Assembly: GCA_002104905.1 (NCBI GenBank)
Contig: MCFE01000469.1
Span: forward strand, 1 to 64,000
Direction: 5' to 3'
Length of the DNA stretch: 64,000 nucleotides
From: Basidiobolus meristosporus CBS 931.73
Taxonomy: Eukaryota > Fungi > Basidiobolomycota
A program made the position numbers and the translations under genes. A model generated the notes under the pieces. That model ran no database searches, was not told the DNA's origin, and worked only from the letters and a program-made list of their open reading frames with translations. Numbering within the stretch: position 1 is the first letter of the stretch; each line of letters starts with the position of its first letter. Below are positions 38,748-53,320 of the stretch, one piece after another.

Positions 38748-39839
38748 CTATATTACTTTGCTGGGCTAGATTTTAGTCCCCTTTTTGGGTACACTGTTGT
38801 TCTTATTTGTATGAATTTGATATTCAATGGTGTAGAAATTAGCTTGGATTCAAAAGAAACATGGCATACTTTGGTAGAGTTGTCCTAGTAAGAATCAGTG
38901 GCACCAAGCATCCGCCCCATCCTTGCAGTACTTAACTGATTGCTCATAAGCTGGAGCTGCATAGCTTCTTGATGCTAAAGGCATAGGTGCTATATATGCA
39001 TATCTGTCTAAGCTATTTTTCAACTTGTCTTTGCTGTCCTCCATGTGCCATTGTATTGGATGTATGACAGACTTGAAGGTAATATTCTTGATGAAATAGG
39101 GGTATTGTTGTACTTTTAACTTGGCTTGTCTTGCTATTTTTTCACATATCTTCTTCATAGGAAGCTCCCACAAGGAGTAGTAAGATCCAATATTTTACAT
39201 GCACCAAATAAGATGTAGTAGAGAATGGATGCAGCAGTGGCAGAGCTCTACACACCAGGCTGTATGATTAAAGTACAGCCACTCATATCCCAACACAAGC
39301 TCACACAGTGGCAATATCTGGAACTCATAGCTCAATCTGGCACCATCCACAGGAGCAAGACTATTCATTTAGTCTTTAGTATCTTGGGTTTGGATTAATA
39401 CCATATTCTGGCTGATGGCATGTTGCTTGCTAGTGTTGCTGTAACTGCACACTGACTTCTGTACATTCCCATATTGGTGTTTGTGTTGTGGAGTAAGTGC
39501 CTAGGTTCTCTCACAGTCAAGGGTAATACCATCCATTGTGCCCAAAAAAGTTGGCTATCTTGCTAACAGCTAGAGTATCATCTATGCAGAAAATATTAGG
39601 TGCGCTGGCATTTTGGTCATTTATATATTTCCCTGTGGACAGCATACAAAACTCATGTAGCAATGGAAACAGGTGGCTACTCAGGTTGGATGGTGATATA
39701 GGCCCAGATATCTTTGACACTACTATTGGATGTCTGCTCTGAACTTTAATGCTGGAGGCTAGTCCAGGTTGAATAGAATCAGTGAACAGCAGGATTTGCT
39801 GGCAAAGTACTTTTTTGGCAAGAATCCATCCAGTCAATA

Positions 39840-42800
39840 AGAACCTAGGGACTTGGCTCTTTCAAATGGAAGAAGCTTTCAAGGTGAAAAGAATTGCCTA
39901 AGAGAGTATATTGTATTATTTAGCTTTTTACTTGGCAGATGCAGCTTTTCAGCAGTAACTTAGCAAGATTGGATGTAGCTCTATGATGATATATACTACT
40001 ATCCGGATCTTAAATGGGTTTGTGTTTGAAATTCAGGATACCTTTAAGCCTTCACATTAGCAGACACTCCTAAGAAGAGAGCGGAAGACACTGATACAGA
40101 CAGGAATTGCTCAGGAATACCTCTATAAGTATAGATGTCTACTTGGACAGATTCAAGGAATGAACCCCCTTGCTCAAGATGAATACCTAATTGATGGGCT
40201 GACTGAAAGGACTTGCAAGGAAGTAAATAGTTACAGACCTCAGACTATTGAAGAAGCCATTAATATTGCCATTAACTGTGACTCAGCCATGTTTGTAGTT
40301 GGAAAGCCTAGAGTGGCTAATCAGAAAAGCTATAATCACTTTAAAAATGACAATCAGAAATAGTTTAAATATAACTTGCCACTATGCTGAAGAATCCTAT
40401 CTCAGAAGAATGTAACAATCCCAACTCAGAAGAATGCAAGAAGAAAGAACTTTGTTTCAATTGCCACTAGCAGGGGCACATCTCATGGTACTGCCCTTAG
40501 AGAAATGATGGACACCAGTCAACAAGAACATTCAGACATACTGAGGCCCAAGAACATAGTGAAGTGGATGATGAACTTGAAGAAGACTCAGAACTCACTT
40601 TCTGTATGAGAGAAAATACCTATCACAAGTGGACTCAAACTTGGGGAAACTATTATACTTGAATGGTGTGATCAATGGAGTACCTGTCAAGATTATGATT
40701 GAATCAGGAGCATCACACAATTACATGCCAGAAAAACAACCTTGAAAGGAGGAATCAACTTGGAACCTACCAAATGAGTTTAAGTCTCAACAGCTGATGG
40801 GAACTTGCACATAAACAACTGTATTACTCAGCCAGTGAGAATGAAGATCAATGACTACAAAGAAGACCTGCTGGCCTACATATTTGGAAACTGCAAATTT
40901 ACCTGGTACTTTGAAAGCCATGGCTATTCAGCCATAATCCATCAATCAATTGGAGAACTCATGCAACTCAGATCCATAAGGCAACCCAATCTATCAGCTA
41001 CTATGCGCCTGACTGAAACTCAACTTTGTCAGTGTCTGTATGTTGGACACAAGTAAACTTAGCAAAACATATTTCTTTAGAGCATTTAGGAAAGGAACAC
41101 AGATGTATCTCATGGCAGATTTACAGGATAATTCCTCTGTCTCAATTCCACAGAAAGTTTGGACTCTTTTGAAGGAATATGCAGATGTGTTTCCAAAAGA
41201 GCTTGTAAGTCTACTACCAGTCAGAGATGTGGATCATGCCATTGACACAGGAGATAGCTCCCCCCCTGTGAGCACAACATCCTGCAGGATGAGTCCAATG
41301 GAGTTGGAAGAGATGAAGATACAGATTGATCAACTATAGGTGCAAGACTACATTAGGCCCAGTAAGTCACCTTGGAGAGTACCAGTACTTTTTAAGAAAA
41401 AGAAGGATGGAGCACTGAGGATGTGCATTGACTACAGAGTCCTCAACTCATTCACTGTTAAGAATAAGTACCCCATACCTTGTGTTGATGAGCTTTTGGA
41501 CTAACTCAATGCAGCCACCATATTCAGCAAGATTGACCTCATGTCAAGATACAACCAGATCAGGTTGAAGCTAGAAGACATCCCTAAGGCAGCATTCAGG
41601 ACCCAATATAAGCATTACAACTACATAGTCATGAACTTTGGCCTCACTAATGCCCCTGTAACATTCATAACCTTCAAGCAAACTATCTTCCAGGAATACT
41701 TTGACATGTTTGTGGTAATATACCTAAATGGCATATTGGTACAAAGTAAGACAGAAGAGGGCCACTTAGTGAACATTGAGAAGGTCTTGAATAAGCTAAG
41801 AGGGAACAAGCTTTAGAACCAGCTAGCAGGGTGCAAGCTCTTCAAGGAACACAGTGAATAAGCCAAACATATGATGGCAAGGAACACCTGGTGGCTTTTG
41901 AGTTTAAGAAACAAAACTCAGCAGAACAAAACTATCCAGTACATGAGAGAAAGATGCTTGCCATAATACACTGCCTAAAGACGTGCATATACTACATTGA
42001 AGGATTCAAGTGCACTGTGAAGACTGATCATGCCTCACTCAAGTATATATTTACTCAGAAGGTACTCTCCAGAAGAATGACAAGATGAAGTCAATACATT
42101 CAGCAATTTGACTTGGAGATTGTCAACTGCCCTGGGCAAAACAACACAGTTGCTGATGCTGTATCAAGACTAGAACAAGTTGCACTATTCAACTTTGTGC
42201 ATGAGTCAGATAGGTCCAGCCATTACCAAAGTATTTGGAGGACCAAATCATTCCTAAGGAGGTGGATGCATTTATCAAGAAGAGAATCCTGGAAAAAGCC
42301 AGTAAATCTGTAGTACAGGATGAAGCACTCTACCAAGTTGTTTATGGAAGCTCTATAGCCCATTGCCCATTTGTCAATTGTCTGAATTCAATGCATAAGC
42401 TAAACAATAAATATTGACATCCTGGAACTGAAGGAACCTATAGCCTTTCAAAAGCCAGTGCATGCTGGCTTGGAATGAAACAAGATAATGAAAAGCTATT
42501 GAAAACATGCCCAGGTTGCCAAACCCACTAAGGCCAACCTCAGAGAATTGCCAAGCTCTTTTGCTTGGAGCCTGTAAGATCATTTGATAGATGGGAACTG
42601 CTTTATTAAAAGACTGCCAGCCACCAGGAAATGCTACTTTGGATTGTAGTAGCAATTGCCCATGCAACTAAATGGCCAGTAGTTATAGCTGTACCTGTAA
42701 CCTGTTAGCAGGATGTTGCAAGTTTCATCTGCAACAAGATTCTATTAAAGTCTGGATGCCCTGTGGAAATTGTAACTGATAGAGGAGCAAACATTACAGC

Positions 42801-42970
42801 CAAAACATTGAAAGCTTACCTGGAAATGCAGCAGATCAAACATCTGAAAGCTTTGGCATGGCATGCTAGTACTTATGAAGTAACTGAGCAGTTTAATGGA
42901 GTAATTGGAAAAATGCTGATTAGTTATGCTAATGGGGCTATAGGTAGATGTGATGCATATTCTGGCTAAC
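39840..42970 (+). mobile_element. Gypsy family B copy B3, old and LTR-less (gag, PR, RT, RNase H, IN remnants)
   Basis: Collinear with B1/B2; many stops; QNYPVHERKMLAII RNase H motif. Confidence 0.85.
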
Positions 42971-43099
42971 CACTGTTTGCCACAGAGTCTGGGTGCATTT
43001 TGCTACCTACATCTTCTGAAATATTTGCCTACTTCTGATCATTGAAATCTAGAGCGTTGTTGATTGTCAATGCCTTCTAATGCTAAGATCTTGGTATGA

Positions 43100-43777
43100 A
43101 GGTTTCAGACTATTCCTCCTGTGTTGTGATAAGACTTTTGTAGGCTTTATTTTTGGGCACTCTTGCTGGGATTCAAAGACTTCTTAGTGCTCCTGTACTG
43201 TTACATCTCTTCCTGGGATACTGATTGCTCCATAAATGCTATCTCCACATCCTGTCCCTGGACACATCCCTGATTTCTCTTTCTCATTGTATGCCTTGGT
43301 ACAAGTTAATAGTGTACTTGCTAAACTGGTGGTGTTGATTTTATGGCAAGCATTTGCTAGTCTTCCACCAGAGGCACTGCATTTGCTGTATTCTCATCAG
43401 CCTTAGGATTGTGACTAGCTTACAGCACTGCAGAGCTCCTTAGTTGCCTACTTGACTGAGAGCCTGAGGAGCTTGCATCAATCCCTACAGTAGACACACA
43501 GTCAAGATTGCCTTTCTTTGATGTAGCACTGCTTGCTGTACTGAACTTCTAAGCAGGCAGTTGTCTAACCTTCCTTCTGATGCTGTTGGCAGTGGGGTTT
43601 GGTTGGGAATCAGACATCTTGCTTGAACCTCTGGAGGCATATCTCTTGAAGCCAGTCAAATCAAAGGACAAATAGTGCTACCTATTCAAATGTATGTGAT
43701 GCCAGAACTTTCTTTTTGATGCTTACTATAGTGTATCAACATTGAATCTTACATACATGTAGGTGCAATGTCTTAAA
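43100..43777 (-). mobile_element. Family T fragment (ORF2 5' region and intergenic spacer)
   Basis: 43400-43777 is collinear with 55640-56045. Confidence 0.7.
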
Positions 43778-44097
43778 TGCTGTGAAACTTGTGATTCCAT
43801 CAGTATATTCACCTAATTTAGCAACTTTGATCACTACCCACAAATCTTAGAGAATACCAATCAAATTATATGTTGGAATCTACCTAGAATATTCTCTCTT
43901 ATATATCAGATTCCCACAACAAAAACATTCTGACAGTTGTCCAAACAGTCACAAACTTTGAACACATGCTATTGAGACTTTCCCAAGCATATTCTATGGT
44001 TTGCTATACCAAGACCATGTAACATTATAAAACTGCTTTACATCCAATAGATCTTCAAGTGAAACCACATGATCTACTTATTCTCCAATTCACTTCC
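43778..44097 (+). repeat. Decayed, truncated LTR of Copia C
   Basis: Collinear with 56405-56730. Confidence 0.75.
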
Positions 44098-44109
44098 CAC
44101 ATCGGTTGG

Positions 44110-47100
44110 TTGATGAGAAGGAATCTGTAAGTGTGGTGTACTGACTTTGGGGCATCCCAACACCTTACACTTCTGTAAGAACCTTTTATCTAGTATCAAG
44201 ATATTCCAATTAAGGTTTTCATGGGTGACAATTGGGCATTTGATGCAGTTGGAGTAGGATCTATTTAAGCCAACCTTGCAAGCAGTGAAGGAAGCCACAC
44301 ACTCACCCTCAAAGAAGTACTTTATCTATCAGCAATAGCCAAGAGCCTACTATCTCTAATTATGGCCACTGCAGAAGGACTCAGTTTCAAGCTTTGCTAC
44401 TCTGGAAGCAGGATTACTGATCCAAATGATGCCTATATTGCTTTGGGTATCAGTGATCAGAATTTACACAAGTAGACTAGTATTCTTTAGTATTTAGAAG
44501 CCAGCATAAGTAAAATAAATGTAGATACAAATAGGCTCTAGCACAGGTGATTTGGATACATTACTTTTGTAGTTTACGCAAACTGATCAGAGATCAGCTA
44601 ATTTCAGAGCAAAAAATGATCCCCTCCAAGTCTGAAGCACTATGAGTCCTGCTTTAATTGGAAACAAGTCAGACAGCCAATCACAAGCTCTGGGTCAATC
44701 AAACTAAGAAAAAATAAGCTTTGATTCACCTCAATCTGTGTGGATCTATGCAAGAAGTATCCTCAGGGAGGATCAAGTACTCAATCACTTTATTGATGCT
44801 TATACAAGATACATGTGGGTCAACTTTGTGGAAAGCAAGGAAAAGGCTCTGACTAGGCTCCATGCAATCTTAGCCAATATGGAGTGAGGAACAGGTAAAA
44901 AAACTAACAAAATATGCTTTGACAATGGTGCAGAATGTACCTCACAACTGTTCATTCACTTCTGCTAAATCTGGGGGATAAAGCAAAATACATCTATACC
45001 ATACTTCCAGCAGCAAAATGTGGTTGAAGAATATGCAAACAATAATTTATATTGCACAATCTAAGTTCCATGATCATAAATTTTACTATGATTCTTTGAT
45101 GGAATCCATTGCCATAAATCTGCACCTTAACAATAAGAGTTACAAAAGAGCACTGGGCAATCCTACTCCATTGATGGTGTGATATAGATATAGATCAAGT
45201 CTGAAGCATTGAAGAATACTTGGGTGCACTGCAAGTCCCAATAAACTGTCCCAAAGTTGATCAAAGTTTGAGCCAAAAAGTGTAAGTGCATATTTTTGAG
45301 CTACTGCAGTAGGAGTATGTCATTCTGACTCTACAAACCAAAGCAAAAAGCTGACAAACTCCAGGAATAAGTTAATGCATGAAAGCTCAAAATATTCACA
45401 ACATTTCCATCAGGTGATGACAAAAACCTGATCTCAAATCCACCTATAGTTAGGATGGCCCTATGCAAAATAATTTGGTGCTGCTGGTGGTTTCATTCTG
45501 GATCAGCCATCAGGATCCCATTGTGAGACCATCATAATATTGGCAGCTTGGAAGTATTTACCCTCTACACAAGCTAATGGTGGGATCACAGCAGCATGTG
45601 GCTAATTTACTGCCAAATAAAGTTTAAAAACTTGAGAGTGAGTGATTGGTGTTCTGACAAGAGTTGCATTGCATTGTTGCCATCTTTATGGGCTCTACAG
45701 CTACTCTGAGTGATTTAGCCAACAAGCATGTGCAATAGCATAATGTGGCAAGATACTTGGCGGCATTTTGATTGCCTCATTGTAAGCTTCTACTGGCATT
45801 TTAATGGCAGTATGGTAGCCTACAGCTAGTTCTCTATAATGCTACCATACCTAATTGCCAACTGGTACTTCCTTTTTCTACCTCCCCTTGCACAATTCAA
45901 ATATTCCACTGTAGAATTACCTCTCCTTATTTGCTTACCCTCTACTACCTTGGATATTCCACTTACAGCTTGAATCAAAAGAAGCCATGGCCTTCTGCTT
46001 ACTGAACTCTACAAATGCATACACCTGCCATAATTGACATTCTTTTATTACCTCAAATTTACGGCTTTTTAGTGTGATACTTGCAAAGTGGCCATATATC
46101 TTGTAATGCTGGTAACATATACATCTTGCAAACAAATGTGTGGTTGTTGCCACTTCTGCCATGAATACCTCCTGAATATCCGCAAAGAACTTCTTGGTAC
46201 TTAGCCAATATTTTCCTTCTCCCTGCTGGATTCTAGTCCTCCTAATAGGTGCACTCTGGCTCTTGCTTGTGTGAATTCTATATTGTATGGTGTAAAAGCT
46301 GGCTTGTAGCCAAGAAAAACCTAGCATACTTTTGTAAAGTTTTCTTAATAAAAATTGGTTGCTTGTTGCATCCAACCCAGCTTTGCACCATATAAATAAT
46401 TACCCATGCATTGGAGCAGCTTAGCTTCCTTATGCCATAGGCATAGGTGTCTCCATGTGCCCATCTGTCCTCAGTATTCTCCAGCACTTCCTTGCTGTCC
46501 TACATGTGACAACCCATCACATCCATGATGGACTTGAAGGTAAAGATCTTGATAAGATTGGGATATTGTAGTACATGCAACTTGACTTGTCTTCCTATCT
46601 CCCAACATATCTTCTCCATGGGAAGCTCACAAAAAGTAAAGCAAGGCCCAATATTCTTCACACATCAAAGAAGATGGAGAGGAGAATGGAAACATTAGCA
46701 GTAGAGATCTACCTGTGCAGCTTTATGCTTGTAGTATAGCCAGTCAAATCCTGTTCAAATTCTTTGCACAAAAGCTGTAGATGTGGCAAATTGGCAGTTG
46801 TGATCTGCTTCTGGATCAACATTACACAATGTCTACATATGACTTCCAATGCTTCTAATATGTTCTAGGTATAAATTGTTTCAGAAGGCCACTTGATTGA
46901 ATACCTCTCCAGTCCATCCAGTCCATACAATTGTATTGTTGCATATGCATATGAATACTGATTAAAGTCTATGAGCAGTACTTTAAGTAACAGATACTCT
47001 GTAATATCCTACCAACTCTTTCAAGCTTCTCTGGCTTCTTAAAGGGTTCATTTAGCTTTAAATGCCCTATATACAACTTGGTCAGCATTATAGCAATATG

Positions 47101-49298
47101 ATTGAAAGGAAATGTATTGCTCCCAGTGAAAAACTCTAGCTCCAACAGATACCCTCTATCTCAAGTAACTCCTACTGAACTCCATCATAACCAAGAAGGA
47201 TTATCAACAAGTAAACAGCTGTTTTCACAAGAGTTGGAAGCGCTGCCATTTGAGCTACACTCCAGTGAGCTGGATGAGCTTACAGAGAAAGGTGATTTGT
47301 CTACCATAGCCTTCATGTGCTTCACTATTGACAGAGTGGAGATCCCACTGACAAATAAAGCAGCAAAATCAAGAACTCAAAAGATTATTACAATGCCTTC
47401 AGTGGAGCTTTGGAACACTAACAGGCACTCCAAAAGGTTGAAGCACTTCTTCAAGAGGAGTGTACAAGATATTTCACTTGAGTATTGTAAGGTCTTACTG
47501 CATAGACTTGCAGATAAGGTACTAGACCTTGCAGTGCCAGCTGATAACCAGGATGTATGGAAACCAGTGATTTAATAGTGGCATATTGCTGTAGGGATGG
47601 TGCCAAAGTCATGGAAACATGTCATTACAGCAGAAATACTTATTGTGTGGTGGATTTTGATGAAGTTAATTGTTTAGTGTGGGGTTATGCTTAATTTTAG
47701 TGTAGGGTATAGAAGCTGGTATAGGTCAATACAATTGGCAAATGAGGTACATCTGAAGTTACAACATATATAAGTCAGTTTGTATGCATGAAAAGTATGA
47801 GAAATGGCTGAGTTGGGAAGTAATGAATATGAAATAGAGGCAATAGTCAATCAATGTACACAAGTATATGAGGTGATTGAGTGTCTGGGAGCAGAAAGTG
47901 AGAGAATTGGCAGAGTACAAAAGCCACTTGGGTATTGTTGTGATGAAGAATTTTGACTAAGTTTCTTATGAGATCTGGGGTGTTATTACATTTGACAATC
48001 TTTGTACCATGCCCTGACAGCTTAGTACCTCTTGATCACAGGATTTCAAGCTTGTGATGGCCTTTTGACCACATCATTACAATTACTACCCATGGGGTTG
48101 AGTATCAGGGAAATGATGATTATTTTCTCACTGCAGAGGACTCTGCAGCTATAATCTAGCCTAAAGCAGTGCCTAAGAGCATCCTAGAAGTGATTATCCC
48201 TGTATTACAAGACATGATATGCAACTGGACCAGACATTGCTCATACTACTATATCAACCTATGTACAAACTTTGCCTATGCCTATTTAATCCATGTTCAT
48301 CAGCCCCAGACTGTAAAAGAGGTCTTAAATAGTCCTTGGATAGAGTATTGGAGATCTGCAATGACTGAATATCAAACTTGAGAGTGAGTTGAGTTACAAA
48401 CCTGCCAAAAGTCACTTAGATGCAGGTGGGGCTTCAACAAAAGCACAAGGCTAATTGTATATTATTAAACAATACAAAGCATGACTTGTGGCCAAAGGAC
48501 ATTCCTAAACAAAATGACTTGACTATACTGATACTTTTGAACTGGTAACCAATTTCAATTCCATCAGATTAATATTGACTATTGCAGCCAAATATAAGGT
48601 TTTTGATTGTCAAATGGATGTAAAAGCCGCAATTTGATTTGGAAACTTGATAAGGACATGTACAAGGATCTGCCTGTTGGGTTTGCTGACCAACATAGAC
48701 CCCATCTGGTTGGCAAGCTTAAGATCTATCTATATGGTCTGTAACAATATCTCAGCCTGGAATTGCAAGAAAAACTCTTATTTGACAACATTCAGTTTCC
48801 AACAGAATACAACTAATTAAAGTATCTACCCTAACTCAGAAAGAGCAAGCTCAGCTGTATCAGCTCTATAAGTGGCTGATATTATTGTAGCTGCCAATAA
48901 CCCAGAAACACTGGAAGAGACTAAACCCAGCCTATCTATAGAGCTCAGGATGTCCAATATAGTAGAGCTCAGTTACTACATAGTGATAAAGGTCCCCATG
49001 GACAGATGTACACAGACTATTACCCTGAGTCAATTCCAGTATATTCAAAATATACTAAAGAAGTACTAAATGAATGACTCTAAACCAGTATCTAACTCAA
49101 TGAAAATAAACCAATATGGTTAAGAAAGCCTTAAAGATTTAGGCTATTGTTGAAAAGTACCTATTACTTTACTTCATGATGATCACAGATACATATAATA
49201 GATAGAAATCCAAATTCCCATGCTAAGGCTAGGCACGTAAATATTAGACAACACTTCATATGCAAAGCTATAGAGAATAACTTAGTTATCTTTGCTTA
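44110..49298 (+). mobile_element. Old Copia C internal region (44110-45458 and 48098-49298) split by T3
   Basis: Protease, integrase, then RT and RNase H remnants collinear with 61960-64000 and 14130-17076. Confidence 0.8.
45459..48097 (-). mobile_element. Family T copy T3: both termini present, large internal deletion (non-autonomous, 2.6 kb)
   Basis: Left ccctatgcaaaataatt; right catgggg (rc ccccatg); transposase joined to the ORF2 3' part near 47165; Copia flanks resume on both sides. Confidence 0.8.
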
Positions 49299-51728
49299 CC
49301 CTATGAAAAATTGTTGGGATGATCCTATCAAAAGGCCACCACAAAGTTAAAGTCCTGTATACCTGTTGAAACTTCAGTTGTACCTTGATTGCCAATTGTA
49401 TAGACCTATACACATCCCTCTACCCTACACTTACATTAAGCCAAGCCCCACACTCAACAAGTAACTTCATCAAAATCCACCACTCAATAAGTATTTCTGC
49501 TGTAACACTCTGGTTCCGCAACTTTGGCGGGAACCCAATTGCTTTATGCCACTGTTCATTCACTGGTTCCCACACATCCTGGTTTTCAGCTGGCACTGCA
49601 AGGTCTAGCACCTCATCTGCCAGTCATTGCAATCAATCCTTGCAAATTCCAGTGTGTTTTCTTGTGCACTGCTCTTGAAGAAGTGCTGCAACCTCTTGGT
49701 GTGCCTATTAATGTTCCAAAGCTCCACTGAAGGCACTGTGATAGTCTTTTGAGCTCTTGATGTTGTAGCCCTGTTGGTCAGTGAGATCTTCACTCAGTCA
49801 ACAATGGAGGATGTGGAGGCTGTGGTAGACAAAATACCTTTTTCAGCAAGCTCATTTACCTTGCAGGAGTGTAGCTCAACTGGCTGCACTTCCAACTCTA
49901 GTGACAACAGCTGTTTTCTTGCTGGAAATTCTTCTTAGCTATGATGGGATTCAGTCTGTTCCTGGCTTGCAGCGTTAATTGGCAAGAACTGCCACTTTTC
50001 TTGCTTGCCTCTCTGTCTCAGGCTTGGGTAGACATTTTTCCCTTGACCCTCTCTTTTGACACTGCCATGTCTTTCACTGCTGCTTTGTCTGAGTGCTTCT
50101 TGTAAAGAACTATGTTTTTGCCTGGATAAATTCTGCTCTGATGCATCTGTTTTGGCCTGCTTGTCCCTTGCTGGCACTTTTCTGGCAACCTGACGTTTCT
50201 TTTCCGTTTGTTTTGAGCTCTCAACTGTAGTTGTGACATGCTCCTGTAAAGGTGGCTGGTTTCTATCACTGCCAGGTCCTTCACTGCTGCTTTGACTGGG
50301 TGCTTCTTGAGTTTTACTACGCTTTTTCCTTGATAAATGTTGTGCTGGTGCATCCATGTCTGCCTGCTTGCCCCTAATTGACACTCTTCCAGCTACCTGC
50401 CATCTCTTTGATGCTTGTCTGGAGCTTTTAGCCCTGCTTGTAACAGGCTCTTGAGGAATCCGCTGGTTTTTAGCCATGGCACCCTTGTTCTTCTGCCTTT
50501 GATGGTTTTGGCTATTCTGAAGATACTTTCTTAGCATACTAATGCTGGCCCAAAATCCATTTCCCTGTTTGAATCCAGGATACTGCTCATGGAACAAGTC
50601 AAGTGCATTCTGCTTGGCCTTGAGTTCCTGCAGGTCCCATATTATGCCAGCCTTAAGGTGATGGCATGCTAGACTTCTGGCAGCCTTTTGTATATTAGCC
50701 CACTCTTCACTATTGCACTCAACAGCTTCACAGATCTTGAATATTGTTTGATTTTTAGTCTTGGACATAAACACCACATTGTCTCCCTCCCATGCTATGA
50801 TAGGTTCTTCTGTGGGCTTTATCTTTAGGCACTGTTGTTGTGCTTCAAAGACTCTACAGTGTTCCTCTGCTGTTACATTGGAAAATGGCTCAATTCTTGG
50901 CTGTGACATTGTGCTACTTGAGTTCCTTCATTGCAGCAAGGATACTGCTTTCTCTACCTGGAATATTGATTGCTCCACACATATTAGACTTGTTCCATTG
51001 TACCGTGCCAGGGCACGCGGCGCAATCCGCAGTCGTAAAGAACGATTGGGCACAATATTATAGCTACCAGAACGCAAGATTGTTGTTGGATGATTTTGCA
51101 CTATGCGGGACAATCTTGCACACTATGGCACAATCTGACACAATGAGGTTGGCACGGATGATTGCGCCAACTTGTAATGTTTGCATCACGTGCGCAATTG
51201 GATACCGCTATAATGGCAGGTAAAATCTGGTATTTGGATATGTTTCTTTAATGTAAATGGAAATAAATGTGTATCACACTATAAACTACACTGATACTTA
51301 CCATTTTGGTTACCCTCACTCCAATTGGACAGTATCTCAGTGGTTAATTGGTCCAAAAGTATCCTGAAGCTGGCAGCCCCCAATTGGCTCATTATCTACA
51401 GAAAAAGCTACCTGATTTGCCATCAAATATCCCATTTTGTCCATTGAGCAAGTAAATCCCTGATCCTAGTGATTGGACAAGGTGTCATAGCTAGCACGCA
51501 AGCAATTGTGTAGGTGCAAAACAGATCCAATAGCTGCACTGGTATTACAGATGACGTATATATATGCAGGGTGTTTATTTATAGGGGTTCTGTCTCAAAT
51601 GTAAGACGACCTTGATATTACTTATATCAAAAATTTGATGATCACTGATTTGCAATGGCTTGATTTGGATCACAAAAAAAAAGGGTTGTTGGGATCATTA
51701 TGAATGTGAGCAATTCAAAGCAATCGCA

Positions 51729-52961
51729 TCATCTTCTCCTGGGTTTTTTTCTCACAGGGATTACTACTGAAGCATTTGGTAGTGACTCACTTTGCACACC
51801 TATACTACATCCTGGCTGACTATCATCTTGGCTACTTGTGTATTTGTAGTCAGTATTTTGCCTCCTAGTTGATGAGTGTGATGCTGCAGCTTGGCCGCGC
51901 TGAATTGCTCCAACTGAACCAACTGAACCGGCCTGTAGTGCCACGTGCTGACGCGATCTTTTACTTGCCAAGGGCTCCGGTGGTTGAGGCACTTCATGTT
52001 GGTCATCATCAGTCAGTTCACCAGAAGTAACTCGCTGATGGTCAGGCAAAACGGCATGCGCAGGCGCGCCTTGACGCGTTGAGATGGCCCTTGGCTGAGT
52101 TCAATGTGATGCCGCATGTTGACGCAACTTGGTCCGCTCCAATGGACTTGTGTCTAAATGAGCAGTTTGGCAAGTTCTTGTAGTTTTGCTCTGAAGCACG
52201 CGCGTTGACTTGACGCGGGGCATTCTGGCAAAGGGTGTTGGCGTGGTTGGGACTGACGTGCGCTGGCACGCTGTGGTTGCAAGAGATGGTAGGGAATCCA
52301 GCAAGGTGTGCTGGCGCAATCTGGACAATGTTGCTTGCGGTCTGTATTCTTCCTCCTGAAGCTCACCATCTGATTCCTCAAGGTACTCACTTACCCTCTG
52401 TCTGATACTTTGGAGCTGTTGCCTGGATGAGTCCTGTGTATATTGCTCTTGGAAGCCACTTAGCTCTACTAATATATCATGTAGTACATTAGTCATTTGA
52501 GGCAAAAACTCATTCAAAATCTCTTTGGTTCCCAAAGTTGAGGCACAAACAGACACGTCCGGCCTGTACTGTGCAAATTGCGCGCAAAATCATTCCTGCG
52601 CGGCTTCTTTGTCAAATCCCCTCACTCTCAGCTCATTCTTGATTTCAATACTTGTCTTGTTATATTTCTTTTTACATACATTGGCTGGCATCTTGATGTA
52701 GAACTCATGCCACAGCTTTCTACTCAAATTCTTCCATCTTTGTAGACTCTCTGAGGTATCTAGTTCTGCTAGATTAATGGGTAGTGCCCAAATATCTGTA
52801 TGAAGGCTCATCATAGACACTTGGGCCATACTAAAATCATTTGGCAAGAACTTGAATGGATCCGACATCAACTTTTCCGGTCCGGACCATGCTTGTGAGC
52901 TGGGGGATGGGTTTTGTCTGGGTTGTACTAAAGATGAGTTGAGGCTTGGTATGGGGACCAT
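51729..52961 (-). pseudogene. P element ORF2 (about 410 aa once two in-frame stops are bridged), putative DNA-binding partner protein
   Basis: ORFs 52590-52961, 52101-52556 and 51729-52049 lie in one frame; QRWKNLSRKLW motif; C-terminal VRKKPRRR; conserved in copies B and C. Confidence 0.65.
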
Positions 52962-53320
52962 AGCAACTGATTTGGATATTTATACAGTAGTATATTGGCA
53001 TCAACCTGGTCTTATATGAAATATATATGAAAACTAAAGTGATTGTTGAATTTTCCATATGTTATGCATGATGCATCTTGGATTGCGTTGACACGGATCA
53101 GATCACATCAATTGCAGATTTTCTATTGGATTATAGACCTATGATTAAAGCATCAATAAAAGTACCAAGGCATTGTTTGCGGATGATTTTTGCAACATAA
53201 TGATGGGATACATGGCAATTGATGGAGATTTAACCATAATGTATTGAAAATCAGATAAATAATGCTGATCACGCCAAATCAATTCAAACCGCCTCCATAC
53301 AATCATCCATCAATTTTAAT

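Larger units (their letters stand above)
34481..39840 (-). mobile_element. Diverged family T transposase fragment hosting Gypsy B2 (T sequence at 34481-34770 and 38752-39840)
   Basis: Flanks match 2185-2640 and 4030-5040; ORFs 38895-39173 and 39517-39837 (WELPME, ISGPISPSNL). Confidence 0.75.

Noticed and set aside
52837-53058. Small ORF MENSTITLVFIY.. conserved in P copies as a third gene
   Set aside because: It overlaps the ORF2 start, and conservation is expected from overall copy identity. It could be an upstream exon, but this is unsupported without transcripts.
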